Shown here: one piece after another, positions 30,278-40,302 of the stretch | Layout: each line of letters starts with the position of its first letter | How positions within the stretch are numbered: position 1 is the first letter of the stretch | The notes under the pieces: model-generated | The model's input: the letters and a program-made list of their open reading frames with translations, nothing else | Databases searched by the model: none | What the model was told of the DNA's origin: nothing | Assembly: GCA_963745025.1 (NCBI GenBank) | Contig: CAVUWD010000013.1 | Span: 320,001-384,000 of the forward strand | Direction: 5' to 3' | DNA from: an uncultured delta proteobacterium | GTDB taxonomy: Bacteria > Desulfobacterota > Binatia > JACPRU01 | DNA length: 64,000 nt | Translations under genes and position numbers: made by a program

Positions 30278-30478
30278 CGTGGTCGGTTGTGATCGGCCCG
30301 CACTCGGGTCGATCATAACCGACCACGACCGCGCGCAGCGCGGAACGCAATCACCGGCGACTTGGTCTATTGCTTCCGCGCTTGCGCGCGGCGGCTGGAT
30401 TTTCCGGTTGACCCGAGTACGGGCCGACAAGAAAATCCAGCGTTTCGGAATCTCGAAGGATCGAGGTGAAGACTGGGA
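30278..30478. repeat. Dispersed multi-hairpin element, copy 2 (inverted relative to copy 1)
   Basis: Hairpin 30278-30327, imperfect central inverted repeat 30329-30391, hairpin 30394-30441; similarity to the copy 1 flank extends to ~30478. Confidence 0.88.
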
Positions 30479-30570
30479 CGCGCAACGATCCCCCTTGAAT
30501 CGCACACGCCGTTGCGAGATGCCTCGACACGCTCCCGGGGTAAAGCACGAGCACGAAAAGGCGGACGCAG

Positions 30571-30776
30571 ATGACCGAGCACGATGTGAGAGCTCTCGAC
30601 TCGTCGATCCACCACGTCGAGACCGGACAGGGCGATCCGATCGTCTTCCTGCGTTCCGTAACCTGACGGCTCGCAAGATTGGTCCTGGGCTGCACTTCGT
30701 CCAGGAGGACCACCCGGCCGAGATCGGCGACGCCGTGAAGGAGTGGCGCCGGCGCTCGGTGCCCGCTCTCGATTGA
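30571..30776 (+). pseudogene. Internally deleted haloalkane dehalogenase-like gene
   Basis: MTEHDVRALDSSIHHVETGQGDPIVFL joined out of frame at ~30650 to AFRNLTARKIGPGLHFVQEDHPAEIGDAVKEW. Confidence 0.8.
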
Positions 30777-30802
30777 GTGGCGGCGGATGCGCACGGGCTC
30801 GC

Positions 30803-32152
30803 TCAGAAGCCGTGCTTCTTGAGCTTCGTCCAGAGCGTCCGATCCCCGATGCCGAGGAGCTTCGCGGCCGCGGACTTGTCGTCGTCGGTCGCCGCGAGCG
30901 CGTCGAGGATCATGCGCCGCTCCAGTGCCGTCAAGGCCCGCTCGAGGTTCAGATCGTCCCGTTCCGCTCTTCGCAGCTCGGCGTCGGTTCGCACGAGCGG
31001 GCCGATGAGCGACGGGCCGACGACCTCGCCTCGGCTAAGGACCGCCGCGCGTTCCATGAGGTTACGAAGCTCGCGCACGTTGCCGGGCCAGGCATAGGCC
31101 TGGAGCATCGGCACCGCCTCGGGAGCGAGCCGCAGCGCGGGCTTCCCTAGGTCGCGCGCGAAACCGGCGAGGAACGTCTCGGCGAGCAGCGCGACGTCTG
31201 CCGCCCGCTCGCGCAGTGGCGGAAGCTTCAGCTGGAAGACGTTCAATCGGAAGTAGAGGTCCTCGCGGAATCTGCCTTCCCGCATCGCGGCTTCGAGGTC
31301 GCGGTTCGTCGAGGAGACGATGCGCACGTCGACGGGGATCCGGCGGTTGGTGCCGAGCGGCTCGATGATGCCCTCCTGGAGCACGCGAAGCAGCTTCGCC
31401 TGGAGCCGCACGTCCATGTCGCCGATCTCGTCGAGAAAGAGCGTGCCCTCGTCGGCCGCCTGGAACTTGCCGACACGGTCCACGTGCGCGCCGCTGAAGG
31501 CGCCGCGCACGTGCCCGAAGAGCTCGCTCTCGAGAAGATCGGCGGGGATCGCGGTGCAGTTGAGCGGGACGAACAGCTTCTCCTTCCGGGGTGAGAGCTC
31601 GTGAATCGCGCGAGCGACGAGCTCCTTGCCGGTGCCGGTCTCCCCGGTCACGAGGACGGCGCTCCGGGTCGGCGCCACTTGCCGCACGAGCTCGAAGACG
31701 GAAACGATCGCCGGCGAGCTCCCCACGAGCTCGCCGAACGGCCCGCTGCCCCGCGTCTCCGCTCGCAGAAAACGATTCTCGAGCCGGAAACGCGAGAGGT
31801 CGAGCGCGCGGCGGATCACCATCTCGAGCGCGTCGACGTCGAAGGGCTTCTGCAGATAGTCGACGGCGCCGAGCTTCATCGCCTCGACGGCGGTCGGCAC
31901 CGTGCCGTGCGCCGTCAGCACGATGACCGGCACTTCGGCGTCGATCTCTCGGAGGTCGCGCAGGAGATCGATTCCGCTCCTGTCGGGCATCTTGAGGTCG
32001 GTCACGACGAGATCGCTTTGCTCGGCGCGAAACGACGCGAGCGCCTCGTCGGCGCTCGCGGCGGCTGTGGACTCGAGCCCGATTTTGTGGGCGAGGATCT
32101 GTAGTACCCGCCGCATTCGGGCGTCGTCGTCGACGACGAGGAGCCGCTTCAT
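30803..32152 (-). CDS. Sigma54-dependent response regulator (NtrC/AtoC family)
   Basis: LLVVDDD..DLKMP, GETGTGKE, ESELFGHVRGAFSGA, FLDEIGD, WPGNVREL, C-terminal Fis-type HTH. Confidence 0.95.
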   Translation of the reverse strand: MKRLLVVDDDARMRRVLQILAHKIGLESTAAASADEALASFRAEQSDLVVTDLKMPDRSGIDLLRDLREIDAEVPVIVLTAHGTVPTAVEAMKLGAVDYLQKPFDVDALEMVIRRALDLSRFRLENRFLRAETRGSGPFGELVGSSPAIVSVFELVRQVAPTRSAVLVTGETGTGKELVARAIHELSPRKEKLFVPLNCTAIPADLLESELFGHVRGAFSGAHVDRVGKFQAADEGTLFLDEIGDMDVRLQAKLLRVLQEGIIEPLGTNRRIPVDVRIVSSTNRDLEAAMREGRFREDLYFRLNVFQLKLPPLRERAADVALLAETFLAGFARDLGKPALRLAPEAVPMLQAYAWPGNVRELRNLMERAAVLSRGEVVGPSLIGPLVRTDAELRRAERDDLNLERALTALERRMILDALAATDDDKSAAAKLLGIGDRTLWTKLKKHGF

Positions 32153-33930
32153 GCGCGCGCCTCGGCAGCGGGAAGCTCGACCCGGAAGACCGCGCCGTGC
32201 CCCGGCGCGGTGTCGACCGAGATGCGGCCGCGGTGCTCCTGAACCACGCGCTGCACGAACGTGAGCCCGAGGCCGGCGCCGCCGTCTCGGCGCGTGAAGA
32301 ACGGCTCGAAGATCCGCGCGCGGACCTCCTCGGTCATGCCCGGGCCGTCGTCGCGCACCTCGAACCCGGCGTAGCCGTCGCGGGGCGCGAGAATCCGCGC
32401 CTCGACCGACCCGCCCTCGGGCAGGATCTGGACCGCGTTCACCAGGAGGTTGAGCGCCACCTGATAGATGAGCTCCGGGTCGCAGAGCGCCTCGGGCTCG
32501 GGCTCGATCGTGTGGCGGCGCACCGAGACGCGCTTCTCGCGCGCTTGGGCCTCGACGAAGTCGGCGGCGCGGAAGACGACGTGGCCGAGCGGCGTCGGCT
32601 CCGGACGAAGCTGACGCGGCCGTCCGAGCTCGAGCAGCTCGGACACCACGCGCTCGATGCGGTCGACCTCGGCGCGAAGGAGCTGGAAGAGCTCGCGCGA
32701 CTCCTCGTCCTTCGGCTCGAGCGACCGCTCGAGGAGCTGCGCGGAGCTGCGCAGCACGCCGAGCGGCGTGCGCACCTCGTGGGCGATGCCCGCGGCGAGC
32801 TCGCCGACGAACGCGAACTTCGCCGCGTCGACGAGCTCGTGCTCGGCACGCCGGAGGTCGACCGACATGCGGTTGAACGCGGAGGTGAGCGTGCCGATCT
32901 CGTCGCCCGAGCGCAGCGCAACGGTCGGCGCGGGCCCGCCGCCGCGGCCCATCTCTTCGGCGGCCGCGGTGAGCTCGGCGAGCGGCCGCGTGGTGCGGCG
33001 TGCGGCAAAGAGCGCGATGGCGAGCGCGACGACGAGCGTCGCGCCTAGGGCCGCCCCGAGGCGACTCGCCGTCCGGTGCACTGGCGCGAAGGCTAACGCG
33101 AGGGGCTCTGCCACGACGATCCTCCACGGAGGTAGATCACGCGGCAAGCGCGCCTCGCCGAAGAGCATGGCGGCGCTAGAGTCGACGTGGGCGACGGGGG
33201 AGGATCTGCCCGCATCGAGCGCGCCGAGCGGGACGGATCTGCCCTGAGGCCACGGCGTGTCGGGCCGCGCGGCGGCGCCGATCACGAGGCCTCGGGCGTC
33301 GACGACGAGAACGTCCGCATCGAGTCCGACCGATACCAGATTGGCCCTGGTGTGCGAGATCACCTCCATCTCCCGCTCCCAGTCGAGGTGCGCGACGAGA
33401 CGGCCGAGCCGCACCCGCGGCGCCTCGGGCTCCGGGACGGTCGTCGTAAAGCGGAGGACGGGCGCGGCCGCGGCGGCGGTCGCGAGCGGTCCTTCGATCG
33501 ACGGCGCTTCTCCGCCGTCGCCGAGCGTCGCGCGCAGGCTCTTCCCGATCCACGCCGGGTCGCTCGAGGCGACGGCGCGATCGTCGAGGTCGACGACGAC
33601 GAGGTCGACGCACGCCGCGGAGCCGCGCTTCGCCGAGGCGAGAAAGGAGGAGATCCGCTTGTCGAAGTCGCCGGTGCGGATCTCGCGCATGACGTCTTGC
33701 GCCGCGACCGACTCCAGGCGCGCGAGCTCCGACCGGAGCGCGGTCGCGAGCCGATCGGCCGCGTTGCGCGCCTCTGCGACGAGCTGGCGGCCGACGACGT
33801 GGGTGAGTGCCGCACGGCTGCTGGCGACCGTGATCGCGCCGTAGATCGCGCCGGGAACGAGGACGAGCGCCGCCGCGAACACGAGAAGCTTGGTCCGAAG
33901 CGAGAAAGACTGTACGCTCGGCGCGCTCAA
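32149..33930 (-). CDS. Sensor histidine kinase with periplasmic (Cache-like) and HAMP domains; start uncertain
   Basis: Two TM segments, DEIGTLTSAFNRM, IAHEVRTPL, NLLVNA, DDGPG, GAGLGL. Confidence 0.92.
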   Translation of the reverse strand: MSAPSVQSFSLRTKLLVFAAALVLVPGAIYGAITVASSRAALTHVVGRQLVAEARNAADRLATALRSELARLESVAAQDVMREIRTGDFDKRISSFLASAKRGSAACVDLVVVDLDDRAVASSDPAWIGKSLRATLGDGGEAPSIEGPLATAAAAAPVLRFTTTVPEPEAPRVRLGRLVAHLDWEREMEVISHTRANLVSVGLDADVLVVDARGLVIGAAARPDTPWPQGRSVPLGALDAGRSSPVAHVDSSAAMLFGEARLPRDLPPWRIVVAEPLALAFAPVHRTASRLGAALGATLVVALAIALFAARRTTRPLAELTAAAEEMGRGGGPAPTVALRSGDEIGTLTSAFNRMSVDLRRAEHELVDAAKFAFVGELAAGIAHEVRTPLGVLRSSAQLLERSLEPKDEESRELFQLLRAEVDRIERVVSELLELGRPRQLRPEPTPLGHVVFRAADFVEAQAREKRVSVRRHTIEPEPEALCDPELIYQVALNLLVNAVQILPEGGSVEARILAPRDGYAGFEVRDDGPGMTEEVRARIFEPFFTRRDGGAGLGLTFVQRVVQEHRGRISVDTAPGHGAVFRVELPAAEARA

Positions 33931-33959
33931 ACGACCGGCTCCCGTCGGCCGACGTTCTC

Positions 33960-35090
33960 ATGAACGACCCGAGATCGCAAAGCGGCTCGCGGCATCAGAG
34001 GCCGCGCCCGGCGAGTCGGGCCGCGGCGGGCGTATCGCTGCTTGCGGCGCTCGTCGTCGCCCTCGGAGCGGCCGTTGCCGGCGAGCCACCTGCCGCGAAC
34101 CTCGACGGCGCGGAGACCCTCGGCGTCGACTCGCCGATCGGGCGGATCGAGTATTACCCGGGACGCGGACTGCGACTCGGCGACACGCGGATCACGCTCG
34201 GCGGGTTCACGAAGGCGGAGGTCAACCTGCTCGAGGGCGGCGACAACCGCGGCGGTCTCGAAGGGCCCAACTTCTTCCTGTTCTTCGACCCGCTTCCGTT
34301 CGTGCACGCTTTCTCGGAGCTCGAGACCGGCACGCTGGTCGGTGCGGAGACCGGGCGAGAGGGCGTCCGTACGGGTCTCGCGTTCGGCGTCGAGCGCGCC
34401 TACGGCGACTTCGGCGCGAGCGATGCGGCGACGCTCCGCTTCGGGAAGTTCCTGACGCCGGTCGGGCGCTGGAACACGATTCTGGCCGAGCCGCTCACCT
34501 GGACGACGTCCACTCCGCTGATCGTCGAGGACGTCTTCGACGAGTCGACCACGGGAGCGATGCTGTGGGGCGCGGCGTTCCCCAAGGGAGGGGCGCTCTC
34601 TTATTCGTTGTACGGGGCGTTCCTCGATCCGCTCGACCCGGATCCCGAGGCGCCGCCCGCCAAGCACACCGCGGGGGCGCATCTCGATTGGGCGAGCCTC
34701 GACGGCTGGGCCGTCGGGGCGTCCTACTTCGCCTCGCAGTCCCCGACCGGGGCGTGGCACCAGCTCGGCGGAGTCGACGGTCTCTGGCGGCCGAACGCAC
34801 GGGTCGAGCTGAGCGGCGAGTCCGTCTTCGGGGAGGGCTCGCTCGAGGACGGCGCGCTCTGGGGCCTCTACGCGCAGGCCGTCGTGGAGACGGTCGATAC
34901 GCTCTACGCGGTCGGGCGCTACGAGCGATTCGATCCGCCCGATGGCGGACGCTCGGTGGATCTCTTCGACGTCGGGCTCACCTGGGTCCCCGTCTATTAC
35001 CTCCGGCTGAAGGCCGATTACAGCTTCGTCGATCACTCCGACGAGTTCACGACACCGGGCTTTCAGGCGTCGTTCTCGATCCTCTTCTGA
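33960..35090 (+). CDS. Outer-membrane beta-barrel (porin-like) protein
   Basis: Signal-like segment, VERAYGDF, LRFGKFLTPVGRWN, alternating beta strands, terminal ASFSILF. Confidence 0.8.
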   Translation: MNDPRSQSGSRHQRPRPASRAAAGVSLLAALVVALGAAVAGEPPAANLDGAETLGVDSPIGRIEYYPGRGLRLGDTRITLGGFTKAEVNLLEGGDNRGGLEGPNFFLFFDPLPFVHAFSELETGTLVGAETGREGVRTGLAFGVERAYGDFGASDAATLRFGKFLTPVGRWNTILAEPLTWTTSTPLIVEDVFDESTTGAMLWGAAFPKGGALSYSLYGAFLDPLDPDPEAPPAKHTAGAHLDWASLDGWAVGASYFASQSPTGAWHQLGGVDGLWRPNARVELSGESVFGEGSLEDGALWGLYAQAVVETVDTLYAVGRYERFDPPDGGRSVDLFDVGLTWVPVYYLRLKADYSFVDHSDEFTTPGFQASFSILF

Positions 35091-35092
35091 CG

Positions 35093-35518
35093 ATGGCCAC
35101 GCGGACGATCGCCGTCCTCCTCGGACTCGCGCTTCTCGCTCCGGCGCTCGCCGGCGGGCGCGATCGGGTGGCCGTCATCGTGAACCGCGAGCGACGCGCG
35201 GACCTCTCGATCGACGACGTGGCGCAGATCTATCTCCGCAGAAAACGATTCTGGGAGGACGGCGCGCCCGTCGTGCCGCTGAACCTGCCCTCGGCGAACC
35301 CGCTTCGCGAGCGATTCTCACAGCTCGTGCTCCGAGAGACCGAGACCCGTCTCGCCGACTACTGGAACCGTCTGTATTTCCGCGGCATTCTCCCGCCCGC
35401 GACGCTCGTCTCGACCGAGAGCGTCCGGCGCTATGTCGCCTCCGATCCGAACGCGATCGGATACGTGCCCGAATCCGAGGTCGACGGGTCGGTCCGCGTG
35501 CTTCTTCGCCTGGAGTGA
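35093..35518 (+). CDS. Small periplasmic PBP-like protein (often mis-annotated as phosphate ABC substrate-binding)
   Basis: Signal peptide, VAVIVN..LSIDDVAQIYL..YWNRLYFRG..PP..VRRYVASDPNAIGYV. Confidence 0.8.
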   Translation: MATRTIAVLLGLALLAPALAGGRDRVAVIVNRERRADLSIDDVAQIYLRRKRFWEDGAPVVPLNLPSANPLRERFSQLVLRETETRLADYWNRLYFRGILPPATLVSTESVRRYVASDPNAIGYVPESEVDGSVRVLLRLE

Positions 35519-35659
35519 CATCACTGGAAGCTCGTCGGCTCCACTCCTCGCGGCAGAGCTGCAGCCAGTCGTCATTCTTGCTCCGCGTTTCACGGATCCT
35601 CGACGAGATTCCGCTCTCCGACCGGGCGCTGGTTAACCCGCCGATCGGTTAGTCTCCCG

Positions 35660-36679
35660 TCACGGCTGGGGGAGGTTTACGCACTTCGCATCGAAGTTGC
35701 AGTCGGTGAGCTGGTTGACCACGCCCTGCTCCACCTCGAGAAAGACGCCGATCCCCCGCGCGTAGTATTTGCGCGCGAAGACCCCCGGCTCGAGCAGCGA
35801 GAAGTTCTTGGTCACCACGCAGTCGCCGGCGGAACACAGGCGCTCGGCGAGCTCCTGCGGGACCAGCTTGTCGAGCTTCGGGTCGTTGCCGAAGGCGTAC
35901 GTAGTGGACAGGATCTCGGTCACGTCCTCGGCGTTGGCGAGCGAGAACTCCTCGCGGTAGACCTCGCCCGGCGACGGGGACGCTAGGAAGATGATTCCCG
36001 CCTTGTCGCCGTTGCGCCCCGCCTTGAAGGATCCTTGGTTGCTGACCAGCTCGGGCTTCCGGGGATCGTCGCCGTCGAAGCTCTCGAACACCGTCGTCTC
36101 CTCGCCGCAGTACCAGGTGTTTCCATCCCTCGCGTGGGCGAACCAGTCGTTGGTGGCCTCGGTGAGGTCGCCGCCGCTGGTGACGAGATCTCTGACCGTG
36201 ATGCAACTCACGCCACCGGGCATCAGCTTGGTCTCGTCCAGGACCTCGACTGTGTTGATCTCGCCGCCGCCGCTGTATTTCCACGTGTTGCCGACGTTGA
36301 GCGGGTAGTAGGGGTTCTGGTGCGCTGGGTGCCTCGCGTCGTCTTCGAACAGAGCCGGGTCGAATTCCGGGTCGTAGCGGGCCTCGCCGGTGGACTTGCA
36401 GGCGTGGACGCGCCAATCACGCTGGTCCACGCAGAGCTTCTTCGCCTCCTTCTGCGCGTCTGTCGCCTCCGCTGAGCACTGCTGCCGTTCCTGGCTCTCC
36501 GAGACGTTCAAGCAGACCGCCTCCTTGACGAGGCTGTTGTTCTTGACCCCGGCCTTGCACGCATCGAACAGGATGAGCGCGGTGTCGGAGCAGACGCTCG
36601 CGGCCGCAGCCACCCCCGTCAGCGCCAAGACCATCCCGGCGGCAATCGCGAGCACCCCTGACATACCTCTGGTCGTCAT
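35660..36679 (-). CDS. Secreted hypothetical protein with Cys-rich helical N-domain and beta-rich C-domain
   Basis: Signal peptide; six Cys in the first ~70 mature residues; NPYYPLNVGNTWKY, DWFAHARDGNTWYCGE, KYYARGIG; AGGAG RBS. Confidence 0.85.
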   Translation of the reverse strand: MTTRGMSGVLAIAAGMVLALTGVAAAASVCSDTALILFDACKAGVKNNSLVKEAVCLNVSESQERQQCSAEATDAQKEAKKLCVDQRDWRVHACKSTGEARYDPEFDPALFEDDARHPAHQNPYYPLNVGNTWKYSGGGEINTVEVLDETKLMPGGVSCITVRDLVTSGGDLTEATNDWFAHARDGNTWYCGEETTVFESFDGDDPRKPELVSNQGSFKAGRNGDKAGIIFLASPSPGEVYREEFSLANAEDVTEILSTTYAFGNDPKLDKLVPQELAERLCSAGDCVVTKNFSLLEPGVFARKYYARGIGVFLEVEQGVVNQLTDCNFDAKCVNLPQP

Positions 36680-36779
36680 CGTCGTTCTCCTGTGCGCCGG
36701 TCACACCGGCGAGGTGTGGGTGACCATGATTCCTACTGCGACTTCCCAGTGTCTTCGAGATCCATTCGAGATCCATAAG

Positions 36780-36795
36780 AGCAAGCGGCGGGCCA
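36780..36795 (-). promoter_or_regulatory. Putative sigma54 -24/-12 promoter for the 35660-36679 gene
   Basis: TGGCCCGCCGCTTGCT has exact GG-N10-GC spacing (consensus TGGCAC-N5-TTGCW), ~100 bp upstream of the ATG. Confidence 0.7.
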
Positions 36796-36841
36796 CGGAG
36801 CGGGCCGGCGTTGCGCCTCGGATTTTTTGTGGCGGGAGGCC

Positions 36842-37261
36842 CTACCGCGCGCCGAACCCGGCACGATCGCTCGCCGGTTTCGGCAGTGAGGAAGAGGGGG
36901 ACTGGGGAGCCCCGTCGACCGAGATCACGCAATCGACCTTCTCCCCGAGAACACAGTCCGCGTCGACGTTGTGACCGTCGTACTGCCCGTGAAAACGGTC
37001 GCGGCGTTTCGCGGCCGACAGCGAGCCCTCGATCGTGCGCCGGCCGTTGACGAGGATTTCGACCAGGTACTTTCCGCCACCGGTGGGTTGGTAACGTCCC
37101 TGAATCGACAGGTTCTCCTGCGGCGACACCGGCACCGGCTGAACGATCGGTGTGGGAACCGGTGGAGGAGGAGGCGGCGGCTCGGGCTTGGTGCAGCCCA
37201 GGCCGATGAGCGCGATCAACGCGATCGCAGCGATACGGCCCTGCGAATCGATGGCTGTCAC
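36842..37261 (-). CDS. Hypothetical lipoprotein
   Basis: IAAIALIALIGLGC lipobox, Pro linker, small beta domain with two Cys; GTG start assumed. Confidence 0.65.
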   Translation of the reverse strand: MTAIDSQGRIAAIALIALIGLGCTKPEPPPPPPPVPTPIVQPVPVSPQENLSIQGRYQPTGGGKYLVEILVNGRRTIEGSLSAAKRRDRFHGQYDGHNVDADCVLGEKVDCVISVDGAPQSPSSSLPKPASDRAGFGAR

Positions 37262-37343
37262 CCGCTCTTCGGGCGTCGCTTCCGCATTTCGATTAGGCGA
37301 CCGTCGGTGGTAATGCAAGCGTGACCGGGCTTGGACGCCCGTC

Positions 37344-38135
37344 TCACGGTCGATTCCTTCGTCGCCGGTACTGCTCGACCATGTAGGCGCCCGCGGCGAC
37401 GGATCCGCCGTCGACGACGAGCACGGCTCCCGAGACGTACGCGGCTTCCGGGGAGGCGAGGAATAGAACCGCATGCGCGACCTCGTCCACCGTGCCGAGC
37501 CGGCGGATCGGGATGTGATTGGCGCGCTCCTCCAGCGCCTCCTTGGACCACGCCGATCGCAGCAGCTCGGTGTCGATCGGCCCGGGCGCGACCGCGTTCG
37601 CCGTGATGCCGTGGTCGGCGAGCTCGAAGGCCATGGCGCGCGTCAGGCCCATCATTCCCGCCTTGGCGGCGCCGTACGGCGCGAGATCGAGCGGTCCCAT
37701 GAGGCCGGCGACCGAGGCGATGGTGACGATGCGGCCGTAGCGGCGCCGGGCCATGTCGCGGGCGGCGGCCTGCGAGCAGTAGAAGCTCCCGAAGAGGTGA
37801 GTGCGGAGATGATTCTCCCAGTTCTCCGGGGTGATCTCGAGGAAGGGCTGCGCCTTGGCGACCCCGGCGTTGTTGACGAGCACGTCGATCTTGCCGAGCG
37901 CGCCGATCGCGTCGGCCACGAGCCTCTGAACCGCGGAATGCTCCCCGACGTCGCAGGCCGAGGCGAACGCGCGCCGTCCGAGGTCGCGCACCTCGCCGGC
38001 GGTCTTCTCCGCGCCCTCGCGGTTGAGATCGGCGATCGCGACGTCCGCTCCTTCGCGGGCGAGCGCGAGAGCGATCGCCTTGCCGATCCCGCGGCCGGCT
38101 CCCGTGACGAGTGCTACCTGGCCCTTGAATCTCAT
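37344..38135 (-). CDS. SDR family oxidoreductase (FabG-like)
   Basis: TGAGRGIG, NNAG, YGAAK, NAVAPG; GGAGG before ATG at 38135. Confidence 0.93.
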   Translation of the reverse strand: MRFKGQVALVTGAGRGIGKAIALALAREGADVAIADLNREGAEKTAGEVRDLGRRAFASACDVGEHSAVQRLVADAIGALGKIDVLVNNAGVAKAQPFLEITPENWENHLRTHLFGSFYCSQAAARDMARRRYGRIVTIASVAGLMGPLDLAPYGAAKAGMMGLTRAMAFELADHGITANAVAPGPIDTELLRSAWSKEALEERANHIPIRRLGTVDEVAHAVLFLASPEAAYVSGAVLVVDGGSVAAGAYMVEQYRRRRNRP

Positions 38136-38151
38136 GATTCCTCCTTGACGC

Positions 38152-38583
38152 TCAGGCGCCCTTCGGGGCCGCCATCGATTCGCGTTGCCGGCGGCGCTCC
38201 ACCACCAGCCGGCCGATCGCCTCGACGATCGCGGGCATCGACGTGCCCGGGCCGAAGACCGCCGCCGTGCCGAACGCGCGCATCTCCGCGGCGTCGCTTT
38301 CGGGAATGGTTCCGCCGACGACGATCGCGGCGTCGAGGCCATTCTCGCGGGCGAGCTCGCAGACCCGGCGGGTGAGATGGACGTGTGCGCCGGAGAGGAT
38401 GCTGAGCCCGATCACGTCGACGTCTTCCTGAAGAGCGGCGGCGACCGCCTGCTCGGGACGCACGCGCGTGCCGAGATTGATGACGTCGAAGCCTGCATCG
38501 CGCAGTCCCAGGGCGACGACCGCGGCGCCGGTCGTGTGGCCGTCGAGGCCGACCTTGGCGACGATCACGCGCCCTCGGCTCAT
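38152..38583 (-). CDS. Cobalamin-binding small subunit of an acyl-CoA mutase
   Basis: AKVGLDGHTTG (DxHxxG), LRDAGFDVI, GLSILSGAH, VGGTIP, FGPGT. Confidence 0.93.
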   Translation of the reverse strand: MSRGRVIVAKVGLDGHTTGAAVVALGLRDAGFDVINLGTRVRPEQAVAAALQEDVDVIGLSILSGAHVHLTRRVCELARENGLDAAIVVGGTIPESDAAEMRAFGTAAVFGPGTSMPAIVEAIGRLVVERRRQRESMAAPKGA

Positions 38584-40286
38584 CGCATGGCCTCCTCGGT
38601 TGCATCCATGCGGTCGAAGGTCCGGTCGCGCGCCGGCACTTCGCCGTAGACCGCGCGCATCGCCGCGAACATCTCGCCGAGCGTGACGCCGGCTTTGGCG
38701 GCGGCGATCGCGTAGGGCACGACGTTTTCGCCCGCCCGCGCGGCGTCGCGCATCGCGTCGCAGACGCGCTTGGCTCGAGCCGCGTCACGACCCGCGCGCA
38801 GCGCGCGCAGGCGCTCGACCTTCTCGCGCTGTGCCTGCGGGTCGGGCCGCAGGAAGTGGATCTCCTGCGTCTCTTCGACTCGGTAGTCGTTCACGCCGAC
38901 GATCGTGCGCTCGCCGCGGTCGATCTCCGCCTGGTAGCGCGCGGCCCAGGCATGCTTCTGCGCCATCACCCAGCCGCTCTTCGCGGCGTTCACCATGCCG
39001 CCGAGCCCGTCGATCTCGGCCAGCAGCGCCGCTGCGCGCGTCTCGAGCTCGTCGGTGAGCGTCTCCACGAAGTACGAGCCGCCGAGCGGATCGACGGTGT
39101 TCACCAGGCCCGCCTCGTGCGCGAGGATGTTCTGCGTATTCAGCGACACGCGGATCGCGTCGTCGGTCGGCAGTCCGTAGGTCTCGTCGTAACACGAGAT
39201 GTGCAGCGACTGGGCTCCGCCGAGCACCGCCGCCATCGCCTCGACGGCGCCGCGGACGATGTTGTTGTGCGGCTGCTGCGCGGTGAGCGACGCCCCCGAC
39301 GTCTGCGCGTGGAAACGGAAGCGCTGCGCGCGCGGGTCCGAGCACCCGTAGCGGTCGCGGATGATGCGTGCCCACATGCGGCGCATCGCGCGCATCTTGC
39401 AGAGCTCCTCGAAGAAGTCGATGTGCGCGCAGAGCATGAACGAGAAGCGAGGCGCGATCTCCTCGACGCCGAGGCCGCGCTCGAGGCAGGCGTCGAGGTA
39501 GGCGATGGCGTCGCCGAAGGTGAACGCCATCTCCTGAACCGCCGAGCAGCCGCCGTCTCGGGTGTTGTAACCGGAGATGCTGACCGGGTTCCACATCGGC
39601 ATGCGGCGAACGGCGAACTCGCAGACGTCGGCGAAGAGCTTCATGTTGCCGGCAAGCGGCAGGTCCCACCACGGGCACGAGTGGTAGTACATGAGGACGT
39701 CGTTCTGCGTCGTGCCGGCGAGCTTCTCGTACGCGACGCCGCGCTCGTCGGCGAGCGCGAGCAGGAACGACAGGATGTACGGGCCCCAGTGCGAGTAGGA
39801 GATGCTGATCTGGTCGAGCTCGATGCCGTCGAGGAGCGTGCGCACGTCGTCGAGCGAGTCGATCGGGATGCCGCTCACGCCGATCTCGCCCTCGGCGATC
39901 GGATCGTCGGAGTCGTAGCCGCCGAGCGTCGGATAGTCGAACACGAAGTGCAGGCCCGTCTGCCCCTGGCGGAGCAGCTCCCGCACGCGCCGATTGGTGT
40001 CGGCCGGCGAGCGAAAGCCGGTGATCGGCCGGCGCGTCCAGAGCTTGGCGCGGTAACCGGTGGCCTGCGCGCCGCGCGTGTAGGGGAACTCGCCCGGGAA
40101 GCCGATGTTGTCGAGATAGCCCTCGGGCGGGCGATCCGTCGGCCCGTAGAGGCGCGCGACGGGAATCTCGCTCCAAGTGCGGAGGTTCTTGCGCTCGGGA
40201 AGCCGGCGTAGCGACTCGGCCACGGGTCCCGTCTCCCAGCGCTCGCGGGCCTCGTCGATCGCGTCTCGCTCGTCGCTCGGTTTCAT
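38580..40286 (-). CDS. B12-dependent acyl-CoA mutase large subunit (MCM family, atypical specificity)
   Basis: [65 protein letters not shown]. Confidence 0.93.
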   Translation of the reverse strand: MKPSDERDAIDEARERWETGPVAESLRRLPERKNLRTWSEIPVARLYGPTDRPPEGYLDNIGFPGEFPYTRGAQATGYRAKLWTRRPITGFRSPADTNRRVRELLRQGQTGLHFVFDYPTLGGYDSDDPIAEGEIGVSGIPIDSLDDVRTLLDGIELDQISISYSHWGPYILSFLLALADERGVAYEKLAGTTQNDVLMYYHSCPWWDLPLAGNMKLFADVCEFAVRRMPMWNPVSISGYNTRDGGCSAVQEMAFTFGDAIAYLDACLERGLGVEEIAPRFSFMLCAHIDFFEELCKMRAMRRMWARIIRDRYGCSDPRAQRFRFHAQTSGASLTAQQPHNNIVRGAVEAMAAVLGGAQSLHISCYDETYGLPTDDAIRVSLNTQNILAHEAGLVNTVDPLGGSYFVETLTDELETRAAALLAEIDGLGGMVNAAKSGWVMAQKHAWAARYQAEIDRGERTIVGVNDYRVEETQEIHFLRPDPQAQREKVERLRALRAGRDAARAKRVCDAMRDAARAGENVVPYAIAAAKAGVTLGEMFAAMRAVYGEVPARDRTFDRMDATEEAMR

Positions 40287-40302
40287 GGAGTGGGTCCTTT
40301 CT

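Noticed and set aside
31493-31510. GAFSGA instead of GAFTGA as a sign of a sigma54-independent activator
   Set aside because: Thr-to-Ser is a conservative natural variant and the other AAA+ motifs are intact; not enough to claim loss of function.
35093-35518. Phosphate ABC transporter (PstS)
   Set aside because: Less than half the size of PstS, and no pstCAB nearby.
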